Below, piece by piece: positions 13,001 through 26,865 of a stretch of 64,000 nucleotides of DNA. The stretch's first letter is position 1. Every line of letters starts with the position of its first letter. The notes under the pieces are model-generated. The model saw nothing but the letters and a program-made list of their open reading frames with translations, was not told where the DNA came from and did no database searches. The stretch is from contig RSEE01000031.1 in NCBI GenBank assembly GCA_003971905.1, forward strand, positions 1 to 64,000, read 5' to 3'. The position numbers were made by a program, and so were the translations under genes. The stretch comes from Moniliella sp. 'wahieum' (lineage: Eukaryota).

Positions 13001-16000
13001 ACCACCGGTACCACCACCACCACCGTTGGTAGCGTTGGCAGCGCCACTGGCGGCCGCAGCGGGACCCGGGCCAAGCCCTGGGGTCTGGAGCGTGAGCCGT
13101 AACGTCGATTCCGACAAGGCATACGGATCCGACACGGTGCGCGTGTGGCCCAAGCCGAGGGGTGGGGCCGAGCGGGAGCAGCAGCAGCAGCAGCAGCGGT
13201 AGCGGACGAAGCAGTAGCTGTAGCGGACGAAGCAGCGGTAGGAGAACAAAGGGAGGAAGAAGCAAACACGGCATTTCCATCGTGGTATCCATCGTCGTAT
13301 CTGCATCCACCACACCTTCTTCTACCCTTTCGACCGATTCGACCGACTCGTCCGCCCGCCCCTGGTCTCGCCCTCGTTCCCGTCCCGCTCTTGGTCGGGA
13401 CGCACGTGGTGGCCCGGGGGGAACGTGTGCAGCGCACAGGCTGGTGTCCGTTCGAAAGTCCAGACCCAGGTCCAGAACCAGGGCCAGGGGGTACGCCACT
13501 GACCAAACGCTGTGCGTATCGGGCCAAGGCATCCGCATCCATCTGCATCCCCCATCCCCTCCAGCCCCTCCATACCCTCCATACCCTCCATGCCGGCCAT
13601 AGCGTGCGCGACGGGAACCGCACCTGGGTGACCCACCGCGTGCGCTGGAGCGAACGGATCAGACACCGACCCCACACCGACCCCGACCCCGGAGCCGGAG
13701 CCGAACCCAGAGGTTGAGCTTGAGCTTGAGCCGAACCCGAAGGTGCGGTGAACGGCACCCAAAACGGCGGCAAGCATCGGTGGGGTGCCCCAACGCTTGT
13801 CCAATGGCCAATTGCAACTGCTCATTCCAATCGGGGTCCAACGCTTCTTCCTGCTCCTCGTCGCCCGACTCGATATCGGACAAGGCAGCAAACGAGCTCC
13901 AACGAGGCTCAGCCGACGCGGGCACTGAAGTTGGCGTTGGCGCTGCGGCTGATGTTGGCGCTGATGATGATGCTGATACTGATGATGCTGGCCCCGACGC
14001 GGATGCTCCCCCTGATGTTGGAGCTGACGCTGACGCATCGCCCCCCGCTGCAGACGCTGCAGAAGCAAATACCGAACTTGCCTCCTCCGTTCGTACCCCC
14101 GCTTCTCGTCCCTCGGAGCCCAGCGACGGGGACGAATGCGGATGCGACTGCGACTGCGAATGCGGATGCGACTGCGACTGCGAATTCGAATGCGACTGGG
14201 AATGCGACTGCGAGTGAGAGTGCGAAAGGGGGAGCGAGATCGAACCGTCCTGCGACGGCGGCACTCCATCTTGACCAGGGAACCCAACCGAACCCGATCC
14301 ACCCGGCGCCATGGTCCCATGCGTCCATGGACAGGCGAGACGTGCGGGAAACCAGGACGACCAGGTGCTGCGCCGGGGGCAAGAGTGTGTGCCATAGACC
14401 CTGCACCCGCACCCGCACCCAAACCCGCACCGGGCCCTGGTCCTGATCCTAACCCTGCCCCGGACCTGGCCCTGGACCTGCGCTTGCACCGGGCCTGGAC
14501 CCGCGCCGGGCCCTGACCCCGGACCTGAAACGGATCCGGAAACGGGGGGCATGTCCGTATCTTGGTCCAAAGAGGAAGCTGTGGTAGGGGGCCCGTGGCG
14601 GAGGGTGGTGGTGGTGGTGCAGGTGCAGGTGCATTTGGGGGGGCAGGAGGATGGGGCGCGGGAGGCTGTCCCTGTGCTTGGGCTTGGGCATGTTGTTGTG
14701 GAGGTGCGTGTGGTTGTGGCGGTGCGTGTAGTTGTGGTGTGGTTGTGCGGGTGCAGCGCCAACGCCGACGTCGGGATGCACCTCGATGCCCATCATGAGA
14801 TTTTGAAGGTGCCGCAGCTGGTACGGAAGGCACAAAAGGGGATGGGAGGGGGAGGCCTGCTCCTACGCCTGCGCCTATGGGCGGCAGCCCGTGCGAGGAC
14901 GAAAGAGGAGGGTACCTGCCCAGGAATTGCCCTGGAACCACCTGTCCAGGAGCCTGTCCCAGCGCACGGGACGCATCGGTGTTAGGGGTGGGACACTGGG
15001 AAGCTGGGCCAGACTCGGGACCCGGGCCGGACGGTAGTGGGGGTACAGGTAGGTACAGGAGCGGATGGGGAGCGGAAACGGAAGCAGATGGGTCGGTGGA
15101 GCGTGAGACGGAAGGAGCGCGGGACTGGGACGCGCTTCGGCCATGGCCTGTACGCAAGGATTTGAGTGGCGCATGTGATCGTGCGTCCTCTCTTCTTCCC
15201 CTGCCCTCTTCTTAGCTACCCCTGGCGAATCGAGTGGCGCATCCGTCATGCTCCCCAGGCCCGCTGAGGGATTGGAAGGTGCCGAAGCAGGGTTGATACT
15301 CCGCTCTGGCTTGCACCGCTCCGGGCTCAGCACCACAGCACCACCAGTACCACCTGGAACAACGGCACCAACAGCATGCAGGACGGATGGCAACGCGGCA
15401 TGAAGAGGGGGGGCAGAGTTTTGGGCCGGGGTATCGCGCGCTTTGGCCCCCCACTCGTGGATCTGACCAAGGTCTTCTTGATCGCGGCGAGAGGGAAGAG
15501 TGGGCATGTTCCTGGTTGGCAAGGGGCGCGCGCAGACGAGGCGAGCGTGACCAATCTATCCATCAACCGCCCAATTGCTGCATAATATCTTGATCGTCGT
15601 GCGATGCAACCGTAACCCGCACCCGCACCAGGAGTAGCACCGCACCAGGAGTAGCACCCGCACCAAGAGGAGCGGTAGGAGCAACGGCCGCCGCAGGGGC
15701 AGGTGCAGGCGCAGAAGAAGACGAAGAAGAATGGGGGGGTAGTAGTGGTGGTGAGGGGGAGGGGGGGAGGACGTGGGGGGAAGCGTGGTGGGTGGGATCG
15801 GTGCTGCTGCTGCCCGGATGGGACAGGGGGGCAAGAAGGGATAAGCCGACGGGTCGTGGGCGCGGGAGGGCCGGGGGGGGACGAGGGTGGGTGAGTCGAG
15901 GGCCGAGTGGTTCCGGGGGGAAGAGCGGCGCAGTGGCCGGTGGCGGCGGGGCAAAGGCCAGTGGGGGACGCATGTCGAACGCAAGCCAGCGGCGGACGGG

Positions 16001-16523
16001 GGGTCGTGGGCAGCCGCGTGGGAGGGCGGAGGCTGGGAGGGGCCCGGCGTGCTGACGCCAGCAGGGGCGAGGCGAGGCGGTCGGGGTGGTCGGAGGCCGG
16101 CAGAGGGGCGGGCAGCGGAGGCGCGACCATGCAGCGACGGCCTGGGCAAAGCCAGGGAACTCGGAAAGGTCGCTGGGCAGTCGGAGGGGGTGAACGGGCG
16201 GCGTGGTGGTGGTGGTGAGGGGTGGGGCTGGGCGGCGAGCGGGTGCGGGTGCGGGTGCGGGTGGGCAGCGGCGAGGGCGGCGTAGGCGGCGGCTGAGGGC
16301 CGCATGTCGGCGGGGAGGCGGGCGGACATGCTGCGTGGTTTGGGCAGGCCGCCTTGGGGCGGTCGGGGCGGTCCTTGGCGCCGGCGCTGGGGCGGCGGCT
16401 CGAGGCGGTGGAGGAGGGTGCGCTGGGGAGCAAGTCGGCCGCCGCGGCGGGCGGCGGCGAGGCGGCGGTGGGGCGCGGTGGAGGCGGCGGTGCCCTGCCG
16501 GTGCCGGTGGCGAGGGAGCGCAT
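10051..16523 (-). CDS. Large low-complexity protein with a conserved uncharacterised basidiomycete domain (~12200-12950); boundaries approximate
   Basis: Ordered core 'ELDQVLLVYLNDICSN|LDFKDYRGEPVHQLLMAKRMARLDESPDFRPFRFRIQAFTNAF...RFNEDGRKAKSRGNHNW...LPRWIEW..TLQGTP' with an intron at ~12808-12889, surrounded by Pro/Ser/His-rich, (AN)n, (AQ)n and (SH)n tracts. ccgccATG at 16523. Confidence 0.7.
10989..11225. repeat. Coding hexamer microsatellite (GAGCTT/GGGCTT)n encoding a (QA)n or similar dipeptide tract
   Basis: Seen directly; a further (GCATTG)n tract lies at 11790-11935. Confidence 0.9.
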
Positions 16524-16827
16524 GGCGGTGGCGGGGGCGGGGCTGAGCCGATGGAAGCCAAGACGAGATGCGGCTGGGGAAAGCAGCAGCAAACGAAGCG
16601 GGTGGCGGCAGCCGCACAACCCTAGCGCCCACCAGCACTAGGGTTCGGACGCCAACTCCGGCGGTGGGGACGCTGCTTACCTCAGCCCGCGGTGTGGGAA
16701 TTTCAAAGGTAAAATGCCGCCTGAATGCTGCCAGGGAAGCGCTCCCGAGCAGAGCAGCACAGCAGCACTGCAAGGGGGCGCTCCGCCTGCATGTACTCGT
16801 CCTGGGGGTATATATATACCCCCCCCC

Positions 16828-18252
16828 ATGTCCATTCCCACCCCCCCCCCCCCATCCCCCCCCCCTCCCAATGCGGCGCACATCCACCAAGCCCTCCGCC
16901 CCTCCGCCCCCCCCACCCCGCTCGCCCCCGGCGGCACTACTTCCCCCTTCCCGCGGCCGAGGCAGCCGTGCTGCGCGAGGCTGCCGCGCTCTTTGCCCAG
17001 CACGCTTCCCCGGGTTCCCATGACCCCACCTGGTCCGACGTCGGCACCAAGAACGGGGTCCGGCTCAGCAAAAAGCTCGATCCGGACCAGCCGCCGATGT
17101 GCCCTGGGTCCGCGGCGTAGCTATCCTCCCTTGCCCATCTAAGGCCGCCGTGTCCGTCTGCACTCACCCTGCCTTCCCATGTTGTGGGACGACCGTGTGG
17201 CCGACGGATTCAGTACGTTTGTCTCCCCCTGTTGGCCCTCTCTTTCGTCTTTCGTCCGTGGGGTGTACCCGTACTGACACCTGACACCTGACACGCCGCT
17301 TTCCTTCCTTCCTGGTGCAAAGCGCTGCGCCGGTACGCGTGGGACTGCAACAAATGGTACTCTGTGACCAAGCAGCCTGCGCCGCTGGTGCAAGCGCGCG
17401 ACTTTGTCGGTGTCCACCACACGTTTATCAGTGTCCCCGCCTCGCGTCGGCACCAATTCCAGGGTCAGCCTCCATGTCAGGGACCATCTTGACGGACGGG
17501 GCCGGGGACGGAGTACGGTACACGTTACTCCAGCGCAGTTGCGACGGGGAAGACGTGGTGCCGCTTTCGGTGAGTCCATCAACTGAAACGAACGCGCGGC
17601 ACACTGGAGTTTTACCGCATGGGTCTTTGATCCTGTGCCTGGCGGCCACACGAGACCGAGGTGACGTACGTGGTGCGGATCAAGATGAATGGCGCGTTGC
17701 CGTCTCGCCTATGGCTCAGCTGGCCACGGAGATCCCCTTGGGCGTGGGTAGGTGCGCAATTTGGTAGCTACCATGGGATACCCCCCGTTACTTTGACTTT
17801 GATAAGTGCTTGTCCCGCGTCGCCATGCGCGAGGGTAACGTGACTGCCCTTTCTCCGCTGCTACTTCTACTCTTCTACTGGCACAACTACCGCAGACCGA
17901 CCGGACGCGCTGTTACCGCTCTCTTCGTTCGGGGCGACACAGGACTGCATGACCACAGGCAGAGGCAGCAGTACAACCGCGCCAGGTGCAGGTGACGGGC
18001 ACTACGTGCTGGACGTGCTGCAGTTCCACCGCCTGCGCAGTACCTTGCTCGGATCGTGTGCGCACGGCGCCCATGACCATTCCGCTCTGGTACGACTCTC
18101 GGTATGTACCCTTCCCCCCCGCGCGTCACGCTCGCGGGCCAGCTGCTTCCGCCGTGCAGGTGGAACTCCACCCCACTCAAGCCGTGGTCCACTTGGTTGT
18201 TCACCCGCAAGCTAAGGACCAGATGCTGGAGATTGTCTTGGATCGGCACTAG
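16828..18252 (+). CDS. START/SRPBCC-type lipid-binding domain protein (frameshifted; intron ~17213-17322)
   Basis: 'DPTWSDVGTKNGVRLSKK', '(W)DDRV', 'LVQARDFVGV' and 'VTYVVRIKMNGALPSRL..ATEIPLGVG' appear in START-domain motif order. Confidence 0.55.
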
Positions 18253-19010
18253 GCTCGAGTTACTGGGTACTAGGTACTAGTACGAGGTACGGGGCACGGG
18301 GGACTACGCCCCCCCGTGTATCGTGGTTCGTGTGGCATCGCCTCACACTTACTATCGCCGAGTGGCGGCTACCCTCTCCCGACCGTGGGATCCCAGGCCT
18401 GAGACCTCAGTCTGAGGTCAGGGGCCTGAGGTCAGGAGAGAGGGAGAGGGAGAGGAGAGAAGCGGGAGGACGCGGGCGTCCAATTCAGTTATAATCTGTT
18501 CTAACACTGTGTCTTCACTGGCTCGTTAGCTCGTCACTGGCGCATCACTCGTCACTAGCGTCACTTCTGTGGTATACCTGTCACGCCAAACCCTGAACCA
18601 GGCTTTTCTCGTTCACCGATCATCTTTCCTCATCCTCCTCCACTTTCCTACTTTCCTCTTTTTCCCCCTTTCTACCCCCCTGTATACGCCGTGGGCTGCG
18701 GGGCGTTTGTCATTGAATACTAAAACTAACAAGAACAAGCCAAAAACAAGGGAAGGCGATCGAACGGGAATGGGTGGGTACGATGATGGATTAGGCCTTT
18801 AGCATCCCAGCGGATAGAGCAAGGGGGAGAGGAGGGGAGAAGCAAAGGAGAGCCGAAGCCGAGCACAGTAACAGTACAGTACAGTCACTCAGAGTGGGGG
18901 CAGCGGCGAGGGGAGAAGCAAGCCCAAACCGCGCACTCCTCCTCGACCCTCTGATCTCTGATTCCGAAAAGAGAAAGAGAGAAAAGCTTGGACGGGAGGG
19001 GGGGAGTAGA

Positions 19011-19952
19011 TTAAATCTTGGCGCCCTTCAAGTTGGCGGCAAAAAAGGCGGCCAGCGAGCTAGCAGAGACATCCCTTAAACGCCTCCTTGTTCGAAGGGT
19101 CATCCAAGTTGGCGCGAGCGCCCGCCCGCCATGGTGGTTGTCCTTGTACAGTTTGGCGTCAGACTGGGCAGCATGCGTACTAGTGGCCATCCAAGTTTCC
19201 ACCTCTTTCACTTGCTCCAACGGCTCGTTCTGCGACGCGTACGCGCTACAGGTACCGTCGCGCTTCAAAGTCGCCAGGTTAGCATGGCAGGGTGCACACT
19301 CGCCACGGCTGATAACGGCGTGCCAGACCCAGCGGCTTGGATCGCTACTTTGCCCCTGTCATCACGTACCCCATCGTCATCACGTCAGCATCACCGTACC
19401 ACCTCACATTGCACATCGCACGCCGCCCATCCACCCACAGAGGAGAACCAAGGCAGAAAGGGAAGGAACACAAGGAGGGAACGAAAGGAGGGAACGAAAG
19501 GAAAGAACCAAAGGATGGAAGGAAAGGAGGGAAACAACGTACCCCAGCACAATCCATACACGCCGACCTTGAGCGCCTTGTTCCTGGAGAGTGCGACCAA
19601 CTTGAGCAGTCTCCTTGCGGGCATCAAACGATCCCACGCCCGAAAAAAACTCATCGCGCACTTTTTGCTTGGCACGTGTCGAACGGCACCATGTGGTGCG
19701 GCAAGGCTTGCCATGGAAAAAGTCCGGCAAGAGCAACACGCAAGCCGTCGCTGCCGCAATCAGGTCAACACCTTGCTTCGTCGTGGACTGAAACCAAACA
19801 CATCGTACACAGCCACGATCACCCTCGCTGCGCTGGTGGGCCCGGCGGCGTACGTGCTCAGCCCATTGATCTCGATCGTGCTGCCTTGCGCTGGAGGTCG
19901 AGTGCACGGCAGGCAGCGTGCCACGTCGGGTTCCAGGACGCGGGAGGGACAT
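19011..19952 (-). CDS. Dienelactone hydrolase family alpha/beta hydrolase (1 intron, frameshifts)
   Basis: 'VIVAVYDVFGF', 'LLPDFFHGKP', nucleophile elbow 'VGVYGLCWG', 'HPAM', and catalytic His in 'LYKDNHHG' followed by the C-terminal helix 'LAAFFAANL'. Confidence 0.85.
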
Positions 19953-22088
19953 GGCAGAGAGGGAAGAGGCGATGCGGTGGTGGGGGGGAGAAGAGGTTAG
20001 GGAGGTAGGTCAAGACTAGGCGCTTTTGTAGGAAGACCAAGGGCGCGCCGAGGGCCAACCAAACCCAAGTGAACACACCCCGAGCGAGCTGGGCCAAACA
20101 CGCCACCTACGCTCGTCCCTCGGCCGCCCATCGCAATCAGCATCAGCAAGCCAGCACCCACCGCTCCAATGCCGCGGACCTAGCTCGGACTAGCACGCCC
20201 CCCCCCCCCTCCCGCCGCCCCGCCCAGCGCCGCCCGCCCCGCACGGCGCCTGTGTGCAGCCCGTGGATGACGTCAGCATGTGTCCGTGTCACATGTCCGC
20301 GCTCAGCCCGCTATGCGCTATGGCCGCCTCGTTCCGCTCGCTGCCTTGCTCCGATGTCCGATCTGATTAATGATTGCTGCGCTGGGGCCACCCACACTGG
20401 CCTCCACTCCATCCGCACCCACTAGGCATGCTCCAAGTGCGCACCAGCTCGTCCTCCGCGTCCTCTGTCCACGCCCCTCCGCCAACGTAGCCTGCTTACT
20501 CCGACGTTGTGTCCGGCCTGCAAATCGTACGCTGCACGCTGTAGGGTGTAATGTGCACGCTGTTAGCTGTTGATGCCAAGACGACGACGATGAGACGACG
20601 ACCCCCGCCCTGTTCGACTCTGCCGTGGAGGTGCAGCGGGGGAGGCAGGGCAGGACGGCGGGTGGGAGCGCAGAGGGTCGCGGCTGGCGTCTGAATTGGT
20701 CTGTGGTCTGGGGTCTGTGGTTTGTGGTTTGTGGTCTGGCGCCTGTGAAGCTTGAAGCTTGACGATTGAAGCTTGAAGCATGAAGCTTGAAGCTTGAAGC
20801 TTGCACACGCCAGGTAAGCTTGGCGCTGGTTTGCATCGACTTCTGCTTTGGGCCTGTGCTGGCACGAAGAATGGTAATGGAATGGGTAATGGGGAGAGAG
20901 AGGTACTAATCACGAATCACGAATCATTAATCACTTGCAGCTCGAAACTTGCAGTTTGCTTGCAGCTTGAGCTTGACCCTAGTCAGGTCCAGCAGGAGGC
21001 AGGAGGCATAAGAAGGAGAGAGAGAGAGAAGGGACAGAGTCCCGAGAGAGTCCTGTGAGTGCTGTACCATTACTCAGTACTAGTTAGTGAGCATATATAT
21101 GGTACGGAGACGGGACGGGGGGGGGTGCAACATTTACCCCATCCAACATCAATATCCACTGACTCTCAGATCGCATCGGCAAAAGAGCGAGCCGTTGTGC
21201 CACCCTTACTAGCACTCGATACTCGAACCGCAGCGTTCGTTTTTCCTTTTTCGCTTCTCTTACCCGCAGGCAGAGCCAGGGCGTAGCCAGAGCGCACGCA
21301 CGTAGCCCCTTCCAAAGGGTCGAACGCCCACCAAAAACGCTCAGCCGCCACATTCGGCAGCTGCTACAGAACAGCGATCAGGGACGAGGAGGGACCAGGA
21401 TCAGGGATCAGGGATCAGGGATCAAGGACTACAGATTAACGTTCAGGGACCAGGGATGGATGTGCTTTTTCTCCCCGTCGCCTGCTGTCGCCCGGGACGA
21501 AGCGCACGAGAGGAGGACGAGGCTTGAAGCTTGACGCTTGAAGCTTGAAGCTGGAAGCGAGCCCACCGAGGCCTCCCATTCATAATCCCTGAGTGGTGCT
21601 GAATTGCTCTCCCTACTCACTACTCAGTACGCAGTACGCTCACAGTACTCATTTCGAGTACTCACTATACTCCGTTGAGTACCGAGTACTCCAGTACTTA
21701 CTGCACGAGTGGAGGGCCGAGTGGGCAACCGCGCTCGGCCCTGCTCTCACCTGCTCTCACCTACTCTGCGGGGGTGGTAGTGACCATCACCACGCTCGGA
21801 CCCCCCTGCGCCCACCACTCGCCACCCGTTGTCAGCGCGGGTTGGACGGTGCGCCCTGCAGTGTGCTGTACTAAGTAGCTCTGTGCTGGGTGGTTGCGTC
21901 CCGCGCGCCCGTTGCCACCGACCGAGGCAGAGTTTCCACTCCCAATCCATTCATCCATCCATCCATCCCCCCATCCACCCACACCACCTCTCTCCCCACG
22001 CGCTTCTCACCACCCTCTCACCTCACCTCCACCTCCTCGCTTCTCCCCCCCCAGATCCAACCCCATCCCCATCCTCATTGCAGCCAAG

Positions 22089-25000
22089 ATGGTTCCCACC
22101 CCTACGCCTACGCCGACGCGGCTCACTCAGCCCAACCACCCTGCCCCGACCTCCATGGTCCACCCCCTCCCGCCCGCGTTTGATCCTCCGCGTCATCCTG
22201 GTCCCCCTGGTCCTCCGCGTCCGCCTGGTCCTCTGCGTCCCCCTGGTCCTCCGGGTCGCCGCTGCTCCGGGTCCGCCCGACCCACGACCCGAGCAGGTGC
22301 ACCGGTACAGCCGCCTCCCTGAGGGGGACGACCTCGTGCCAGGGCCGCGCATGTACGGCTCTCCTGGAACAGGGTACGGAAGGGAGTATGCCTACGCCGG
22401 TAGCGCCGGTGGTGGTGGCAGTGGCGACGGTCGGTATCCTATTACCGCGTACCATGGCGGTGGTGCGGGGGTCAGCTCGGAGTCGGAGTACCCTTGGCCC
22501 CGTCCCCAACCCCCCCCGGCCTGGGCCCGGGCCCGAAGGGACGCAGGACACTTCCTTCCTCTTCGTATGCGCCGCACCTCCACCCCCCTCCTCTCCGTCG
22601 CTCCTGCCTCAGACACGTGCTGGGCCATCGCGACCGTCTGGACTTCATCATCCGTATCCTCATCCGTACCCTCCCTCGCACCCGCCCTCGCACCCGCCCT
22701 CGCACCCGCACCCGCACCCACTGTACAACGACGCGTACGCCTACTCGTACCCGCACCAGGGTATGCCACTTGCTCCCACGTGGCACGGTGCGATGGACAC
22801 GACGCACATGCTCATGCCCATGGGTACGCATTCCGGGTCTGTACCCTACGCTCCCGCACCCTTTCGGCCGCACCCTCTCCCCCTGTCTCACCCTCGACCC
22901 GTACCCTCTTCTACTGCCCCTCCACCGGCCCTTGTACCTGGACCGGAACAGGGGCAGGAGGAGGAGCAGGGGTAGACCCGCCCCTCCCTGCGGCAGATAC
23001 TGCCTCGACTAACTCGGGACCTACGGTGTCGTGTGGACGATGGCGACGACAAGCCTCAGCGTGCGACCTGTGTCGGCATAGGAAAGTACGTTTTGTCGTC
23101 CAGAAGGAGAAGACGTGGTGCAAGCTGTCAACGCGGCTGAGTCAGCTGCTGCTGCCGCGACAGCTGCAGCGGACGCGGATCGAGCCCAGCGCGCCGGACG
23201 GACATGGGACGGGGCTCAAGCGTATCAAGATGACGAGGAGGAAGACGAAGTGGGTGAGGAAGTGGCTGAGGATGAAGAGGAGGAAGAGGAGGACGGGGTG
23301 AGGGCGGCACGGTTCACGGTCCTAGGCGCCGTCCCATTCTCAGCCGCGTGCAAGTTGTGCTCGTCCCGCGGGATGCAATGTACGTTCCGGTTTGGACGGC
23401 GGCGCGCGCGCACCGCCTCCGCGTCCTCATCGGCGTGTCCCTTCGACGAGTACAAGTGCGAGTGGGAGTGCGGGTGAGAGGGCGGGTACGAGTGCTGGTG
23501 CTGGTGCTGTTCCTGCTCCTTCTCCTGGTCCTTCTCGCAGTCCCTCTCCTGCTCCTCCACTTTCCGATCAGCTTCCGGACCCCTCCCCTTCCCCTGGTGA
23601 TCCTTCTCCTCCTGCTCGTATCCTTGGCACGCGTCCAGCTAGCCACCGCGATACGTCCCCAGGTTGGGGCACTGTACCCAAGCGCCCGAGGACGAGAATC
23701 ATTTCCCCCTCCCTCGCCCTGTCCTCATCCGAGGGTCCGTCCAAGGTCCCGTCCAACGTTCCGTCCGAGGTTCCGTCCCAATCTCCTTCTCCTTCTGCAT
23801 CGCCCTAGGTCCCTTCAGGCCGGCCCGGTTGACCGTCCCGCCGAACTCGGCCTTGACCCCGACCCTGACCCCGATCCCGACCCCGATTCCACCCCAGTCC
23901 CCCAGCCTGACCGCTACCCCCCCGAACGCCACCTCGAACCCCAACCCCAACCCGAACTACGATCGGCATCCACATCGCCAGTCTCCATCCCCCCGTCGCT
24001 CGCGACCATCCTTCGACCCTTTCCGTTCCTCCATCCACACCGCAGCTACCCGTGCCAGTGCCAGAAGTGCCATGAGTGACAGTGACAGTGTCATGGGTGA
24101 CAGCGCCAGCACCAGTGCCATCAGTGCGACGACGACGACGAGCCCAGGCACGCATTCTGAACTGACTTCGACTCCCGCGCTAGCGGACGGTGAGGGGGTT
24201 TGACGTGTTGGTGGACTACCTATTTGATGTGAACGATGCACGTGTGTCGTCGCTGGTGCTCTCCTTCGACGGTGGGTTCCGATGGGCGGCGGGGGGAGTA
24301 TTTAGAGTTGGAAGTGGGGGAGGAGGAGGAGGATGGGATGGACGGAGCGAACGGCTCAATCGCCGGTACGTTGCGTGTGTTGCGTCTGCCCCCGTGGGCC
24401 AGACGATTCTCACCACTATCCCTTTGCTCGCGCACTTGCCTCGCGTCAGTCCGAGCTTGGCTGCCCTCCTGGCCTCTTCGGCGACTGTCAAATTGGACTT
24501 GGCCCAAGCCGCACTGGACAGTTACTTTGTCCATGTCCACCCGCACTGGCCCTTATTTTCCCGCGCCCAGATTGACGCGCTCGTTCGCTTCCCCTCGCCC
24601 ATTGGTGCACCCACTTTCTTGGCGGTCGTACTGCTCTGGGCTCACGCTTCTCGGACGCACCCGTCCTCATCGCCGACCGGAAAGAGTGCGCGGCCACACT
24701 GCGCATGATGCGCCAGCTCCAGCAAGCCACTTATCCGACTGCCCAAGTACAATCCCAAGCACAAGCACAAGCACAAGGATCCACGTTCGGTCAGGCTCAG
24801 CATCCCGGTCTCTCTTCCCTCCCGACCAGAACCTGCTGAATCGGCTCACCCAAACGGGCGCATCACGCCTCGTGCACTGGCTCCATGCACGTACCCTGGC
24901 CCTCGTCGAGTCGTCCCACGCCATGTCGGTGCCGAGCGTGTACCATGCCGCTGCACTTCTCCTCCTGCACCTCTACACGCCCCCCCCACCCCTCCGCTCG

Positions 25001-26865
25001 TGCACGACAAGCAGACCAACCTCACCGTTCCTGACGCCCTGTACCGCCATGCCCACGCTCCCAGCCACGGCCACGGCCACGGCCACGGTACGGGGGCGAC
25101 GGTCGATGCGCTACAGACGCACTGGACACAAGCTTACCGTCGCCCGTTCCTCGTTGCGGCGTGCGAGATGGTACGGGTTCTCCCGCCGCCCACGACGGAC
25201 GAGGAGGCGCGCATGGTCAACATGTGCAGGTGGCACTGCCTCGTTGCTGATACAGTGGACGGCGTGCGGTTCCGCTCCCCACCGCTGGTCCAGTGGGACG
25301 ACGAGACCTGGTCTGCCCCGCTGCCTTTCCCCGTCGCTCCTGGGCTCAACCCCCCACCCCCTTCCACTGACGTGCAGCCTACCCATCCGGTGGGAGAGAG
25401 CAGCAAGCGCAACCACAGCAAGAGCAACAAGAGCAAGAACAAGAGCAAGAGGCGAGGGCACCACCACCAACATCCTTATCTGTCCGTCCACCAGTTCCAG
25501 GCGGACGCGGTGCACCCTCGCCCTTGGCAGTTGCCGAACCGGATTGGGCCACGTGGGTCGAGGCGATGCAATCCTTGGCCCAGCTTCGGATGACGCTGTA
25601 CCGCACCGTGTGGGCGCCGCGCGCATGTCAGGGAGGCGTGCAGCTCAGCGCGCTCGTAGCGGGCGTCAAGGCGATCCAGGCGTGGAACAGGGCCTACTTG
25701 CCCAAAGTCGGCGTTCCGCCTGCCTGGCCTGACCCCTGCGCCCTCCCCACTGTTTTGCATGCTTGTTGGATGGAAGGCGTCTATGCCCAGGTATGGAGTA
25801 CGCTCCAGACGGTTGTGGAGAAGCATGGTATACTTGGCTTGGTGCCACCACGCCACTCCCACTCCCATTCCCTCCCACTCCACTCTCAGTCCAATACCAT
25901 CCCTACCACGACGCCCAATGCTGCTCTTCTGACCATGGCCTTGGCCAATACCGTACCTCCCACCGAACTCCAAGCCAATGCCAATGTCACTGCCAATGCT
26001 GAGCCCCCTAGCGCCAACGATAAGGCCCAAGCCATCCACCTCGACGCCCTGCTGACACGCGCCGCCACACACTTAGCCTACCGTTGTGCCACCGTCGCGC
26101 GCATCTTGACCGCCCAAGCGCACTTGCGTCGTGACCCGGGCTTGATGTACGCCGGGTGGGTGCTGACGGGATTGCGCGTACTCAGTACACAGGCCAACAC
26201 TATGGCGACCGTTAGCCCCAACAATTCCAATCCCAATTCCAACCCCAATTCCAATTCCAATTCCAACCCCTCCAGTGCACCGCATCCGTCTCAGCTCAGC
26301 ACGGACGATTGGCACGGCGTGCGCACCGCTTTGACCCACTGTGCTGAAGCGGTACACGAGGTGGATTTATGGGCCGTGGTGTTGGACCAGGTGCACACGT
26401 GGGCGCAGACGATTCCATCTTCCCCCTCCCCATCCTCTTCCTTCTCGCCCTCTTCCGTCCCTGAGGACGATGGTCCGAACGACGTTCCCCAACGGGGGGT
26501 AGGGGTAGGGGCACGGAGGGCCGAGCACGGTGGCGCAGCTCTCTAGGAGAATGAGGAGGCAGATGGGGAGTACGTTGGACAAAGCCTGTGGCCTCTTTTG
26601 GTCGTCTCACGTGCCCCCCCCCCGCGTGTCCCGTCGCCTCCTGTCCACTCGGCAGTCTCGTTGGGGCCGGTTAATGGGGAAGCAGCATTACTCGTCCCTT
26701 CCAAACCCACAGGAACATGAGTCCCGCCAAGCTCATTCTGGCTTGTCTATGTACCGCTTCAATCCCCTCCCCCCCGGACTGGGTAGCTCCCCTCCCCTTC
26801 CCCTTCCTGTGTACTACCTCACCACCCTTTTCATTTGTCTGTCTATGGTACTGTGGCTCCTGTAG
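22089..26865 (+). CDS. Zn(II)2Cys6 fungal transcription factor with fungal-specific TF (middle homology) domain; 3' end uncertain (26546 or 26865)
   Basis: 'ACDLCRHRKVR(C)...CKLCSSRGMQCTF'; middle region 'ALDSYFVHVHPHWPLF' and 'EEARMVNMCRWHCLVAD'. Confidence 0.8.

Noticed and set aside
9924..16890. Many long overlapping ORFs on both strands as overlapping genes
   Set aside because: High GC and hexamer repeats suppress stop codons; these are shadow frames of one indel-broken gene.
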